Source: Phoronis australis (Eukaryota; Animalia; Phoronida). Taken from it: 64,000 nt of DNA. Under the pieces are notes generated by a model, which saw nothing but the letters and a program-made list of their open reading frames with translations, was not told the origin of the DNA and searched no databases. Location of the stretch: contig NMRA01000055.1 of the NCBI GenBank assembly GCA_002633005.1, forward strand, positions 248,001 through 312,000. The letters run 5' to 3'. This document shows positions 49,701 through 64,000 of the stretch, one piece after another (the first letter of the stretch is position 1; every line of letters begins with the position of its first letter). The position numbers were made by a program, and so were the translations under genes.

Positions 49701-52700
49701 AATCAGCTATGGACATGACCAAAACTTGGCTCTCGACTAGTGTTTGACATTGTTAGATTTTGGTTTTATAAGCAACAAAAGTTGAAGACAGCGAAAGCAG
49801 TGCTGATGAGCATTGCAAATAAACATCTTTGTGATATATTATATCATTGTTAGGATTTCAGATATTGCTGATGAGTTGATGTATAGGGAATATATAACTT
49901 ATTCTTAATATATATTAGAGCCATTTTATTGTCTTCAACTTTTTTGATCACTTATACAAAGTAAAGACTTCGCTGTTTGAACAGTGTAGCTCACACTGAG
50001 CTGTTTTCAACACTAAAGCTCGACGTTGTATTGAGATAACTTTTTATGGCTTTGTTTCAGACTGCATTTCCACTGCTCAATAGTCTTGACCCCAAAGGTT
50101 ACATTATGTACAGATTGTTTCGAGATGCCACCAGGTGGACTGATGGACATCATGTTAAGGTATGTTAGATCTGAGATCAAGACCAATAATTGTACAAAGG
50201 CTGCCCATGCTAAACTCAAAAGTCCTGGGCCTGTTAATATGAACCTTATGCCTAAAAACACAGAATGTATGTTGTGTATGAAAAGCAAGTTGTTACTAAC
50301 CCTGGCCCTTAACTTGGATTGTGAAGTAATCAGAGTATTTTACACCATATAGCATTCCTGGCAGTAGGGAATGAGGCTGAATAAAAATTCACCTTCAGTT
50401 CCTGTCACAGACTCAGTTGTCATTTATTTACCAGTGCTTGAAAAGTAAGTAAGATTTGAAATAAGAAATTATTACAAGCCACTCAAATTGGTAAGAACGA
50501 CGCTATTGTAAATTGACAATGTTTAGGAAAGCAGTAAAAGTCCCATGTCGAGATTTTATCCAATTAATGTCGAATTTAAATTCTATTAAGGGCCACGTAC
50601 GCAAACAAGGACAACTGTACTGTGAAATTTTGTCCTTGATTAAGTGAAAATTTGACCTGCACACATCTGACTCATGTGAGTTAACACTCTTGGAGACGAC
50701 TGAACATTTTGTTTTTAGGCATTTCTTGTCTATGAATAAGGTCTCTGTTGGCCCTCTCCTGTTGTGGTCCTATGTTTGACTTCTGTAAATTGTTTTTGAA
50801 CCATTATCTCCATGTATTGCTTTCAAAACAGATTGTAAATTTTAAGAATTTTTATTGTTGGATGAATAGTTATTGTTGACAACTTATGTCTCTTATGTGA
50901 ATCTGTTCTGGTCTTGCCAGAGTTCCATAGCATAGTGATGCAGTACACTGCTATAGCTTCATACCTTGTTTTGAAATTCTCTTTTTATTGGGGTGACTGT
51001 TACTTGTAATCAGTATAACTGTTATGTGACGCATTGGTTATTGTTAATATTAGAATATATATTCCTGTATTTCATAAGCCACTAGCCTTTTGAGACTATA
51101 AATTCACAGTTTTACCGTGACACTCACAGTCAATAAATACAAACACACGTGGTACTGAAATAAAAAAACAATTAATATGTAACTAATCCTGTTGCAACAA
51201 GTGTTTTCTTAGTTTCATCAGTTTGTCTGTTATGTCTTTTGGAGTTGTGCTTCATAACTGCTTGCCTGAAGACTGGAGATTGTATACAGACTACGAGTGA
51301 GTATATATTAAGCTGTCTGGCAAAAAGTACAGACGTGCTTACAACCAAGTTAGTTTCATCTCCAAAATAATATATTTTACTGCCTGATTTAAGAATGAAG
51401 TTTCATTTGATCTCAATACATTGTGCATCTGTTGAGGGCTACAATCTTCCCTTAAAGATGCTGGTAATGTACATATTAAGTACCAGGAGAACTGTTATCA
51501 TGAGCTTCCAAGTTATCATTGTGTTTCAGGATCTCAACTGCCTCAACAGAGATCTGTCCAAAGTGATTATGATCGATCATGATAAAAAGGCTTTCCAGCT
51601 GAATCCTCGTAATGGTCTGGTCTTGAAGAAATGGTCTGGCAATGATGACGACAGAACACTATTTGATTTGGCAAACTTCTTACGAAGTAGGTTGTTTAAG
51701 GCATTGTCATTGATCGTGTTGACTGAATACTTGTTTAAGTGACTCCTAATGAATTGATGAGAACTTGGAAATCAAACTTGGAGTCTGCTCCTCTACCAAC
51801 CAAACCACTTTAATGGTGATTGTGAAAAATGGCATATATGTTGTTAATGTGAAGAGGACTGTTGACGATAATTTTCCAACGACTTTGGCTACTTTAGTGC
51901 CTCCTAGTAGCAGTTTTGTTTTTTGTGCCCATAGATGTCTCTCCTAAACCCACTGCAGGGTCTTTATTAATATTTGCAAGTGTTTTCATGTTAACAACAA
52001 ATGAAGACAACTCAGACGGATCCGACAAATGCTGTGCCCCCTAGTGGCAATTTCGTTTTTTCTGTTTTCCTCTGTTTCTCTGAAGTTCCTTGAAATTTGG
52101 TAAATAGCTTTGAATTAAGAAACGATGATATGTTTTTGTTTCTAATGGATTCAATGGCCACTTTTATAATACAAATAAGCACACCTTGAAGCACACCATT
52201 TGCGGTGCATTAGTAGGCACTTTTCAATGCACCACGTTGCTCTTGTTTGTTTTCACACTTACAAGTTGTCCATGAATACAATTGCACTTTGTTTAATGTA
52301 GATGATGTTCAAATAGCTTGGTCATTTAGTTCCTGCTATACATCAGCATAGTTAGGAGCATGCAAATACAACTTTAAAATTAGCAGAGCAATTGTTTGGT
52401 CATGAAACTGAGGAAATCGCTTATAAAAATGTGCTTTTGAACAACTCCACCTCAAGGAATTTCATGGAATTTATGATAGGTTATTAAGCTATTAATTCTG
52501 TATAAGAAAATGATGTAACTTCTACTTGAATTAATGGGAAGAATACATTGATATTGAGTGGATTACATTAAGACTTACTTAAGACAAAAAGTGCCATCTT
52601 GTGGTTACCCATTGACTGGCGTGTATGCTATAGAGGTGCATAGCAACTCTGAACTTGCAAGGAATATCAATGTGCTACTGAGTGTGTTGCCGCTGTTACT

Positions 52701-55700
52701 AATCTTAAATTTCAATGACGCACACAATTCTGACACTTCTCTTGTTAAAGTGTTAAATGTGAATTAAAATTGAGATTTTAATTATGTGTACTTAGACACA
52801 ATGCTTGATTAACTAAGCTCGAATTTCCAACTTACTCTGACAAATAGGCATGGTTAACTGTCCACTAATTAATATCAAAGAAGGGTTTAGTATGGCAAAT
52901 TGTATTGATTGAAAGCAGAATGAATAAAATTTCAGGTAGCATACAGCACTTTGCAGTTATTAAAAATAAGGCAATTGTTAACAAGCCATTCAATTTCCAA
53001 ATATTCTTGGCAGCTTTAAAGTGGAACTTGCACTCTAATTCCTTATTTTCATGTTTTCTTGGTCAAATTAGTTAGAAACACAACATATAGCGACGATATG
53101 AATATGAAGTACGTTGAATAATCCCAAATGTCTTTAAGAAAGACTTATGGGTCAAAAATGATATGTCGTAATTCACTCAACCGTGTCCAGTAAGTATTGT
53201 GACCTGGTGTTGGGGAATAACACTGCATGATGCGGGCTATGTGAGCCCCTAAGGTACACCGTTAGTGTAAAGGTCACCTATTTGCAGAATTTTTTGTTTT
53301 CACATTTACAAGTTGTCAATGAATACAATTGCACTTTGGTTAGTGTAGATGATGCTCAAATTGCATTGTCGTTTAGTTTGTGTTATACAGTAGCATAGTT
53401 AGGCGCATTCAGATACATCTTCAATAGTTGACAAGACTGGTATACAGCAACAGGTCTATACATGTGTAGATGTACAGACCTTGTATTGTGGCAAGGTGTG
53501 AGGTTTTTCTTGTGTTAGTTCTAAAACTGAAACAGTCAAATGTTATTATCTAAAGAACTAAGTTGTAACTGGCCAATAACAGGACTGTTTACATTGTGAT
53601 CACCACAGAATTGATGTGTCAGTTACTTTAGCATTTGATGCTGAACCTGTGAAGAAAAACCATGTAGAATGCATGATGGTTTCATTGGAAAATTACCATC
53701 AATGTCCCTGGGTTGTAGTGGATCACTAAGAGTCGTAAATAGCCGATTCAGAAGTTTCTGCCCAGTCATGGCAGTGGTTTGGGAATGTGTTGATACTTTG
53801 TCAGCAAGCAAGATGTGTCAGAATCTGTTGTGTGATCTGAACATATGTACAATTGCAGCACAGGTCAAGTTTAAATGGCCTTAAGACTTTTGATATATGT
53901 TTTCTTTATTGCAGCTATCGCCTCCAGTAATGTAGAAGATGTTCGGACTGTTATTGAGTATTATGGCAGTTTTGAGGATCCTATTGGCGTATTCAAGGAG
54001 AACCAGCGTAGACTTCAGGTACGAGGAAGTTTGAAAAGTTTTACATTAGGCTAGTTATCCTCACCCTCGTAATTTTGAAAAAATTTTGTATAGCAAAGTC
54101 GGATCTAAGCAAGCAAAGTCGGATCTAAGCAATCCAAGATATTTTGTGAGATAAGACGAAATTTGGCGTATCTGAGTGCATGAATTGGAACCACTGTACT
54201 GTCTGTAAAACTTTGTTCAAATTTAGACATGACTTATGGGCACCCAATCTATGCACGTTTTACTTAAGTTTAAATTCGAATGCTCTCGCCTTTGATCACA
54301 AAAAACACCAACTTTTGAATTATGCCTCTTGTCTTGTAAAATTGATGTGCACTCATACCATGCTCCAAGTAGAAGTGGGTTCTGGGTTTGACAAATTGTA
54401 CCAAGATGGAACAGCACAAGTTGTTGTTCATTATTTGTGGTGAATGTAATATAGCTGTGAGACCAATGGAACGAGGCTTTTTGATGAGTGAATGCGAAAT
54501 GGAGGGGCAAGTTGGTGGGCTGGGGCAACAATAACTATTTTTAAATATAATTTCTGTGGATGGTATTTATTGCCTCTGAAATTTTTATTTAATAATTTGA
54601 ACTATTCGTGCGTGAATACAGAAAATATCCATTCCTTCTAAAAATGTAGACTTGTTGCAAGATTGAAGTTTTTCAAGATAATCTTTCTGCAAAATTTATG
54701 TAGAAGTGTATCATGGTATTTTTTGCTACTATAATATTTGAACAGCACATGAATAGGGTTGTATTTGCATATAAATTCTTTGGAAAGCCCAATACAATAA
54801 CTCATTGTCTTACGCATTAAGCTAAAATGACTATTTGTTTGAGTGACGTTTAATGCAAATTGTTGTTTGATGTAGTCAAGCTACATACAGCGCCATCTAT
54901 GAAAATGTTTATGCTTATGAAGAGCACATTTTTAATATGGCGACTGTACATTGCTAATTTGACTCATCAGTTGCACTGTATGCCAAGTTCATTCAGTACT
55001 AATGAATGAAACAAATAACACAAAAATATCATTGTGCAACATTTTTTGGAATAAGTTCTAAAGATAGTTTAATTGAAAAATTACCGTCCATTGTTCTAAT
55101 GAAGCAACAACATCTGCCAAGGATTAGCACATTAATATCAAGATTAGAATGCGCTTTTAGTGACTTTTTTGATGATTGTACAATTTGAAATCAGCGATGT
55201 ATCCCCCAACTTTTTAAGCTACTTAGCAAAGTTAACTAAACTAACCATAGCTTGGTTAGCTTGAATAATACTAGTGATGGGTAAGGTATGCCAGACTTGA
55301 CAATCGGATAAAGCTGTTTTGGGAGTCACCTTTTTCAACATTGAATTCCAAGCTTTGAAAGTCTTGCTTCTTAGTAACCATTGTTGTGCATGCTAGTATA
55401 AAATCGCTGGTCAGTTACATAATTCAAGTAAATTCTGTCATTAAGCAAATATCATTTTACTGACGGGTAATCAACATGTCACATGACCTGTCCGTCACTC
55501 AAGTGTACTAACATAAAGAGTTTACCATGTTGGTGGCAGAGCAATGTCAGCTGAGTGTCAAATCTTGAATGAAGTTTTTATGTGATTAATGTTGCCAGTA
55601 AGGATTATATTGAAGTTTGATGAATTTAGTGCCATAGTACATGCAGCTTAATGTATAAACTTATGTTGATAGTCAAAGTCCAAACTATGTGGCTCTTGTG

Positions 55701-58700
55701 TACAAAGTGGGTGAACATGCCAAGTCTGCTCGATTTACAAGGCCTCTGAACATGGGTTATTGTAAGAAGAAACTATTCTCCAAATAATCTTTCATGTATT
55801 ATTTGTATTTCCTTGCTGTTGTAGTAGCTTTGTGTAGGTGCATTTATGCCATCATCCACGTCCAGTTGGCATTCACTGCCTTGATGGATATTTGTAAAAC
55901 TTAGCCTACGTGTTCCTATCATGGATGAGGTGGCATGTGCAAATTTCTGGACTAATCTAATGTTTGGATGGCTCTCTAACTACGGTGACACTTCTTAGTA
56001 GCAGTTTTTTTTCGTATGCAGATGAATCTCTTGAGATACCTTTTGCAGTGTATTTTTAAAGTTTGACTGGTATTTCTAGCAGGGATGTGACAACGGATGA
56101 CAACTTTGGAATGGATCAAATTACCGTTGTGTCCCCTCATAACAATTTTCATTTTTTTTACATTTTTCTCTGTATTTTCAGAGTTTCTTGACCAATTTTC
56201 ATGAAACATAGCAAATAGGTTTCTATAAGAGTCGATAACACCTTACCATATTCGGATGGATTCAACATATTGTATGCCACTGTTGGCCTTTTTTATCATT
56301 TTTGTTTTGTTTTTTGCGCCTGTCTCTATCAACCAAGTCACAGCAGGATTAGTAGAAAAATTGATTTACCGGGTATGTGTTCCTACTGGGAAGTGCATCG
56401 CTGACGATGATAGTTGAACAGGTCCGACTGCTATGATGCCCTCGTGAGGCACTTATATTCTTTGCTTATGACTCAATACAAGCTCCTTGTGCATGGTCAT
56501 AAAATTTGGCATGTGCAACAAGTCTGTGTAATTATCCAAGTATATGCAAAACCATAGATTTTAACTCAGTAAAAATACATATTTTTTGACATCAAGAAGT
56601 CTGACTTTTGACTTTGTATCAGTTTCCTCTTAATTGGGTCATGTGACCATGTCTTTTGAGTAAAATTTGGAAAAAATGAAGGTAAATTCATTACAAAACA
56701 ATGGTGTCAATCACATTACCAAATTCCGTTTGATATTAGAAAGCAGTGCATTAAGTATAGTATCTGAATGTTCAATATGAACCTCACCATTTTTCAGATA
56801 TGATGTTACAAAATTTACCAAATTTGGACATTTTTCTAGGGTCCTACATAATCTTAAAATAATATTTCTCTCTATGTTGTTAACATGGCTAAACCTCGTG
56901 TATGATGGATCTTTGTGAAATGTGGCTGATACGTTTGTATCAAGTAGGGTATGTCTTCTAAGAATTTTGGATAGCTTGCATCATGTTGTGTGCCCCCAAA
57001 ATGGCAATTTTCATATTTTGGATCCATTTTTGCTGTTAGCCTTTCAAATTACTAAATGGTTTGTATGAAAGATCATTATAAAATTTAAGGGAAATGTTCC
57101 TATAAGAGCATGGCTGATTTTGATATAGATATCACTTTGGCCCAAGAATAAGAGTAAGTTTTGGGCCCGCCCCAGTATATCCCTAGTTCTCCAAAGGATC
57201 GTCATTAATGTGGTGCGGTTTACATCAACTTTCACACAGGTTCTACTCCTACATTGACTATCTTAAATCAACCTTTCTACCTTCCAAGTAGTTTGAAGAA
57301 TGAGTAAGAAATTTAATGGAAGTGTTTCTATTAACAGAAACCTGGCAGACATTGAATTTTGGACAGTTTCAGTTATCATAGCACACCCTAGTGGCAGGTG
57401 CTGTTTTGTACATGATTATGTGGTTACATTCCTGCTACAAAAGCAAAGTCACGGACATGAGATATTATGCATTACATGCAAAGTAGGTGATCACACCAGC
57501 TTTCACTCACAAGTGTTTTGCATTAAGCAACGCACTCCAATGCCTGCCCATTTTTGGACAGTTCATGCTTGTGCTGTGCTCCCTTGTGGCAATTTTGTAA
57601 GTTTGGTATTATTGCTATTTACTTCTGGCATCTCTTTCTCTGTCCTCTTAACCCCTTGAAGAATCATGATTATGGTCACATGACAGTCACGGGACAGATG
57701 CGATAGCTGCTGTGCCATCTAGTGGTAATTTTAATTTTCTTTCTTGCTATCTCAATATCTACAAGGATTGCATTTGCCATGATGTCTAATACTGCCCTCT
57801 ATAGTCTCAATTTTTCACTAGTGTTGCCCGCTCTAGTAAGTGGAAACGTGAACACTCTACTAGAAATATTTGCCATTTGTAATGCACATGGTGGGTGCGT
57901 ATCATTGCTCTGTGTTGCTCTTGTCATAAACTTCACTGTTTGGGTTTCTTTTCATTCACCACACATCTGGAGACTACATTTACATGTATTATAGGATTTG
58001 TGAAATCCAATAAGCCAGTGCTTCTGCACTGTTAAATATATTGACTTTTGGAGATTATGAGTGCTTTTCACACCTCTGAAAACTTCAATAAATCTCCTGT
58101 TTTCCTAGTTTGTTTGCCCCCAATGTATTACTGTGTGACTGTAGACTGCTCTCACATGATTTATGAATGACTGTTTGTTATTACTGCCAATTGAACCACT
58201 ACAGAAAATTAACACGCTTCAGTTGAACCTGAATAAGATAATTAGATGCATTCTTTATGTCCTCTGGTGACACTTTGTTCTCAGTGCTCTTTTCTCACAC
58301 ACACACATACACAATTGCTCCAATTGGTATTAAAAACAACCATTTATTGTGTGCCTGTGGGTGGGGATGGCTGTCTATCTCTTTTTTGTTTGCTCGTGCA
58401 CTGCTTACATGACTGTTGTTAAAAAATTATCGACTGCTGCTGTGGTATTAAAGCAAACAGTGATTACGAACATCCAGACACTTGTGACAATAGGTATTGA
58501 AGAATAATGATTGGGAAATTAATAAGACGACTTGCTTCACAGTATCTTTGGTGATGCTGTTCAGTTTGCTCAAGTTGTGTCGCCCCGAAATTAGGTTCTC
58601 CTCTCCAGAAAGTTCATTCTGTTTTGTTTTTTAATCCATGATACAATAAGCCATTGGGCGTTAACATGTTTTTATCAAACTTGCCCACATAGTTGTGTAG

Positions 58701-61519
58701 GTGCAGATTATTAACACTTGCCTGCATTATTGTAAGTTACATCCTTGCAGCACAGTTTATATTGGTGACATGTGTTGTGCCTTGAGGCACCCTACAGGGT
58801 TATTACAACATAACAGATTATGGTTTAATACTGCACTTGTCTATTCTAATCTTGTTGAAATTGTGCTGAAAATAGTGGAGTCATAAGGGTGAAACACTAG
58901 CCAATCAGAAAATTTCATTATGTTTTTGGAGAACCATAATATTGCATTCTACTCCCTGGGCTTCCTATCTAACCCCCAAGTTTTCACTTATAAGTGCCCT
59001 TGCTCAGCTTACCACTCATCCCTAATTTGTATGACTGACACTTCCTTGTAAGTGCCGGCTTCTTCATGAACACTCTCCTCATCAGAATTTTAGCACCCAA
59101 AAAGTATGCAACCTGACAATCGTTAATTCAGCAGAACCTTGCTTTATTCGGGTGGAAAAATTCTCATACTATCCTGCTCTTTACTGAATCAGATATGTAG
59201 TGCGTAAAATTCGCTTAAGTCAGACATGCATGTGTCAGATTTTCATTTAAGTCGGACAAAGGTCCGCATTACGGTTCTTATTCATGCACTCTACCCGTTG
59301 ATATCGCCTTACTAGGATGTATACTGTTCTGGTTGGATCTGAATTGTGCCAGTTTTACTGTAATTGTTCTGGCTCGTACGCTTGTCTCAATGAACTATTT
59401 AATAATTATAATCTTATTTGCTCATTCACTTGTACAAAATGGTGAAAGTGTGTGCTTGAGTAATGCATCGCTACATGTCTTGCTTTGGGAATTTAGAGAT
59501 AGTCTGTCAGTGGAAAAAGCTTGGTCACAAAAAGCTTGGTCACAAAAAGCTTGGTCACAAAAAGCTTGGTCACAAAAAGCTTGGTCACACTACTTGTGTA
59601 AGTGGACTGAACATTCTAGACAGTGAGTCCCTTACTACAAGTTGATGTTTTATTCCACTCTTGCACACAAAGTCCAACGCCTGATTGATCATAGTTTATT
59701 TTTAAGCACCCTTGATTGGCTTAATGGCCACCCTGATTATGGCGTTGGCCAATCCAAGTGCCCAATACAAGTGCCCTGGGCTGTAACTGGGATGAGTGCT
59801 GTATTCATCAAGCTGCATGACTTTCTATTCAACTGCAACTGAACAACAATGTCAACAATGTCAGATAAAATTCTTACTTTTTGTAACAGCATTGTTGACC
59901 TTCATAATAAAAAATTGCATTTAGGGAGTAGTTTTTGTGCAAAATGAAAAGTTTCTGTGATATAAAAACAACATTTTACCACCTACTGACTTTTTGCTGT
60001 GTATTACCATTTATAGATACATGAGCTGAACCTATGCATTTCTACCAATTGTCCTTTCGTCACTTTTGTGCAAGACTTACTGTAAAATCTTACCAATAGG
60101 ACACAATATGACATACGGGTGATACTTTACTTTCTTCATAAACAATGAGTTGGCACACAGTAATGCCTTACTACACAGTGATGCCACGTTATAAAAAAGT
60201 TTGAAATTCATGAGATTCTGTCATAGACTTCAATAAATTCAAACAGTCAGGCTTCCATACATGTGCAAAGTCAAATTAATCTGTTCAATTATAATTTCAA
60301 TATCCACCAGGTGACATTTCCTTAGTCACATACTTCGTATACATGTCACAGTCGCTGTTATTTTACTATAGCTATCAATTTCCACATCTGGGAGTAGGAC
60401 TTTTTCTGTTAAGACATATTTTTTGGTTTTTTATATTAGTCATCTCCATATTCCGAAAATGATTTTCAGTGTGGGTGTATTGTGTCCCAAGTAATATTCA
60501 CATTCTTTACACCCCAAGCTTGGTCTCTACAAGTGATTGTGTCCCAAGTAATATTCACATTCGTTACACCCCAAACAAGCTTGGTCTCTACAAGTGATTG
60601 TGTCCCAAGTAATATTCACATTCTTTACACCCCAAACAAGCTTGGTCTCTACAAGTGATTGTGTCCCAAGTAATATTCACATTCTTTACACCCCAAACAA
60701 GCTTGGTCTCTACAAGTGATTGTGTCCCAAGTAATATTCACATTCTTTACACCCCAAACAAGCTTGGTCTCTACAAGTGATTGTGTCACACATGGCCCCT
60801 GGCCTTCTTCACACTGTGTTTTGGATGATGTCCGTTCTGAGATGAAAACAGTGACACAACACCTGTTTACTTTGGTGGCAAAACTGTGGACAGGTTGTTA
60901 TTTGGATAATCTTTGCTTAATATCTCTGATGTTAATCTGAAGTGATTGTTTTTTTTTGCATTATCTGTTACCTCCTTTTTCAAAGCACTGGGTAGCTTTT
61001 CATGTACCTGAAAGAAAGTTTCATTTTCTGAATAACGGTCGTAGTTCTTTCATTCAGAAATTCTCAGTAATGGCTCTCCCAGGCACTGCTCTGCTTGTTA
61101 CAGTTTGCATCCCTGTTTGTACCTCTGAGGTGTCCCTAAGACTCAGAAGTCACAAAATCTTCACTGTAATTACACTACTGGCCTATTTTCAATGTCTGTT
61201 TACAACAATTTGTAAATATATGATAATGTGCCTTACCAAGGATCACTAATAGTTGAAGTGTAAATGTTCTTCAATTTAGCACATAGTATGGTGCTCAAGT
61301 GGAATAACATTTCTTCATTTCAGTCTACAAAAAAGTGATTACTGTTCATTTTGCAAGTAAATTGTATTTGAAGTCTAGAAGGTGAATGTTGTGTTCAAGT
61401 ATGTGTATCGTTGTTCACTGCAGGAGGAGCAGGAGAGAGCTCAACACATGTTGGCTGAACAACAGAAGCATAAACAGCAGACAAGTGGCTGGTTATCCTC
61501 TCTGACTGGCAAAAGATAG
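43739..61519 (+). CDS. TIMM50: Mitochondrial import inner membrane translocase subunit TIM50, complete, ~386 aa
   Basis: Exons: 43739-44102, 45352-45383, 45591-45612, 46406-46464, 47475-47594, 48880-48987, 50061-50159, 51530-51686, 53915-54018, 61424-61519 (TAG); 1161 nt. N-terminal R/S/K-rich presequence, TM segment [18 protein letters not shown], then [67 protein letters not shown] (FCP1-like domain). Confidence 0.96.
52245..53420 (+). repeat. Two diverged ~120-bp direct copies (52245-52370, 53295-53420)
   Basis: ttttcacacttacaagttgtccatgaatacaattgcactttg...gcatagttagg is shared. Confidence 0.8.
59514..59590. repeat. 15-bp perfect minisatellite x5 (aaaaagcttggtcac)
   Basis: Directly visible; it produces the spurious KAWSQ/KKLGH ORFs. 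Confidence 0.95.
60480..60787. repeat. 61-bp tandem repeat x5
   Basis: ttgtgtcccaagtaatattcacattctttacaccccaaacaagcttggtctctacaagtga; aagcttggtc recurs every 61 bp from ~60516. Confidence 0.95.
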
Positions 61520-62819
61520 AACTTATTGTAAACCTACTACTCTAGGAGTTATTGTACAAGGAGCATCTGTATTACGTACACAGGTGTAGGTAAATGTGCT
61601 TCAGGAAGAACCATATATGTGTAAAAACTGGAATGTCCAGAGTCATTGTATGTGTTTGTATTACTTTCAAACCCTTGAGGATTGGAACCTTTGTAAAGAT
61701 CCTGTGATGTGTTCTGATCACTGATGGCCAGGCAAATTCACATGTGCTAAAATTGGGATTGTCTGAAAGATGCAGCAGACAAATAGGGTAACAGACCAGG
61801 GTCCAGGATTTGATCAGGTTTGACAATGGTTAAACATTGGATATGCTTGAGACTTCTCCATTATCCCTATGCAGAGGATCCCCAGGTTCCTCTGGAGTCG
61901 CACCATATTTTATCATCACCTCTGTAGATCCGCATTCTATATTCACATAATGTGAATGCAATTCAGTTGGGTAAATGGTAGACCACCATAGATTGGTTTA
62001 GTAAATGCATTGCATCTTTTGTTTGTATAAATTATCTTTGTTTGCCAGATGTTCACAAAGCACTGTCAGTGTTATGGAATTCTGGTGCATTACTACTGAT
62101 TATGTCAAGTAAATTTTATAAACACGTCTTTAATTTGATTTCAACAAACCAGACTAGAAATTAATCAGATGCTGTCTGCTACTTTACAAGTTGGCAGATT
62201 TAAGTTGAAAGGCCTGCACAGTGGTTGATTTGCAAGAGGGTTTAAACCCATTAGTAAGTGTGACAAGAGTAAAAAGCCATAAACGGAGTGAAATGGGACT
62301 GAAATTGTAGATCTACCCTTGCTATATCACTGCTGATTTCATAAATGTTATATTTAAAACTCATGGGCATTTTAAGGTACACTAGCAAGAAGTGGCCTTC
62401 TGCACAGACAATGCAGATTAGTTGTCCGCTCCAGTCTGTTGTCATCTGTATTGAGGCCACAGAGATGGAGCACAAACATAATATCAAAATCTTACAAATG
62501 GAATATCAAATTTATCCTGCAAAAATGTCTATGTTCAGTGTCCAGTGGGAATATCCAATAGCTCCTCTGTGAAGAGGAACTTTGCCTTTCACTGACACAA
62601 TGCAATGGAGTGCCTAACAAGTGGAGTTAACTCTGGCGAGGACCTGCTGTGTTAGACTTGTTTTCAAAAAGCATCTCTATGGTGTGTTTGTGAATATTGT
62701 AGAACGGTGGTTATTGCTCTTTCCTTCTCGTTTCAAGGGGCCTGCAATCAAAAAGTGTCAGACACACTGAAGCCATTAGGATAACAAGAAAATACACTTA
62801 GTTCCATATTGTTTGTACT

Positions 62820-64000
62820 ACTGGCCAACTTTGCTGTGTGGGGCCTCTATGCTGTTTGGGCATACTCCAGATACGACTTTATGTTACCAGGTTCTTGCAC
62901 GCAGGTTCCTTAATTCTGTGATATCCCATATTTAGGTTTAATCCTTAGGAGTTGTCTCGGTCATTCACCAGATGTTAATGTGGGAGTACCAGCGTCACGT
63001 GATAAAGTAACATCGAGGTACTTGTCTTGATTGACGAAACTTACGCGTGGGTTCCCAGAATAGAGTACTCGAGTTGGAGTGTCGCTAAATGCTTCGTTCT
63101 CTGATAATAGATGCCGTCTAGTATCAGCCAGGATGGCGGAACTCCATCTAACATTGCAACTCTAGTATTGTTGACTCCATCTGCCACCAGGTGTTGGTAC
63201 GCCAATCCCGTGGCGTCGTGAGTGTCCGGTTAGAGCTGTACAATAGCGTGTCAGGGCGTTCGCAGGAGAGTTGGCAAATAGATGGACTGGTGAGTTGACA
63301 CAAGAATAGGTCAACATACGTCCCAGGGACCGAACTTCGAGGTACTCCATGCCCGCAGCGAGAACGTGTTCCATAGACAACAACCAACTAAGTACGACTG
63401 CCGAAGAGGAAATATTTAATCCACTTTAGGACCTGTTGGTTAGTCCCATACCAAGGGCGGATACAAGATTTTGAGTTGGGGAGCCAGGGCATCGTATTAG
63501 ACAGGATTTTGACCGTCAGACATTCGCACCCCCGAACTGCCAAATGGAATCTGGGATAATTTTAGGGGAGTCATGGCCCCCTTAGCCCCCCTCTAAATCC
63601 GCCACTGCATACCTGACCTGAGCTTCGCAGTAGAAGAGAGTCTATTAAAGGTTTTCTAAAACCAAGTAATTTGCATGACACGCATCAGTTTAAACGCGGC
63701 TTTGCATGGTTCTGACACTGGTAGCCGAGAATAGAAAACTAGCCGTTGGGTGAAGGTTATAAGGCCCTAGACTCCTTCCCCGGCTTCATTTCATTGGATA
63801 TCGGGGGTAACGGATTTTCTATGTTTTTAGAGGATTCTCGAGGTTGTCAACTAAGACTGGTCATTTAGTAAATTAGCTGCTGCCACATCATTCTGCACCA
63901 GTTGAACATTATTCTTAAAGCTGCTGGAAATCCGTGTTCCGTGAGGCAAACTTTTGATTTAGATCACTTTCCGCTATAAAGTTGGTGTCAACTTGTTCCT
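62820..64000 (-). mobile_element. Decayed non-LTR retrotransposon (LINE, CR1/L2-like) reverse transcriptase remnant
   Basis: Frameshifted minus-strand peptides in RT order: QVLKWIKYFL, VVVYG...GVPRSSVPG (cf. GVPQGSVLG), NSPVHLFAN/DTLLYS (cf. LFADD..LY), WQME, YSILG..SFVNQDKYLDVTLSRD, WYSHIN, LEYAQTA*RPH. Confidence 0.75.
63452..63607. mobile_element. Short MITE inserted in the LINE remnant
   Basis: TIR CAAGGGCGGAT / ATCCGCCACTG; flanking 5-bp duplication CATAC (63447-63451, 63608-63612). Confidence 0.7.

Noticed and set aside
60480-60787. CRISPR-like array (also 25545-25873 and 14677-14936)
   Set aside because: Units repeat in full with no unique spacers, there are no cas genes, and the context is a eukaryotic intron.

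Overview
AT-rich, intron-rich animal genomic DNA, most likely from an invertebrate; the taxon is not determinable from sequence alone. Three spliced genes were assembled by hand with consistent GT-AG boundaries and phases. (1) ZRANB3 on + (19 exons, 524-26987; N-terminus upstream of the window), expanded by a 2.3-kb exon with two NZF fingers, SIM-like motifs and internal repeats. (2) A complete ERMARD/C6orf70 on - (17 exons, 43423-29388, ~671 aa) with two intact HEPN-type RxxxxH motifs. (3) A complete TIMM50 on + (10 exons, 43739-61519, ~386 aa), head-to-head with ERMARD across 315 bp. Introns carry a 5-kb DNA transposon with 4-bp TTAR target duplications (a second copy contains an assembly gap), a HIRAN-like pseudogenic fragment, tRNA-derived SINEs, foldbacks and minisatellites; a decayed LINE RT lies at the 3' end of the window. 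The most unusual signal is repeated tandem duplication of splice sites at exon edges: six acceptors and three donors in ZRANB3, and two in-frame donors in ERMARD. Most short ORFs in the track are noise. Family assignments rest on recalled motifs; no database search was run.
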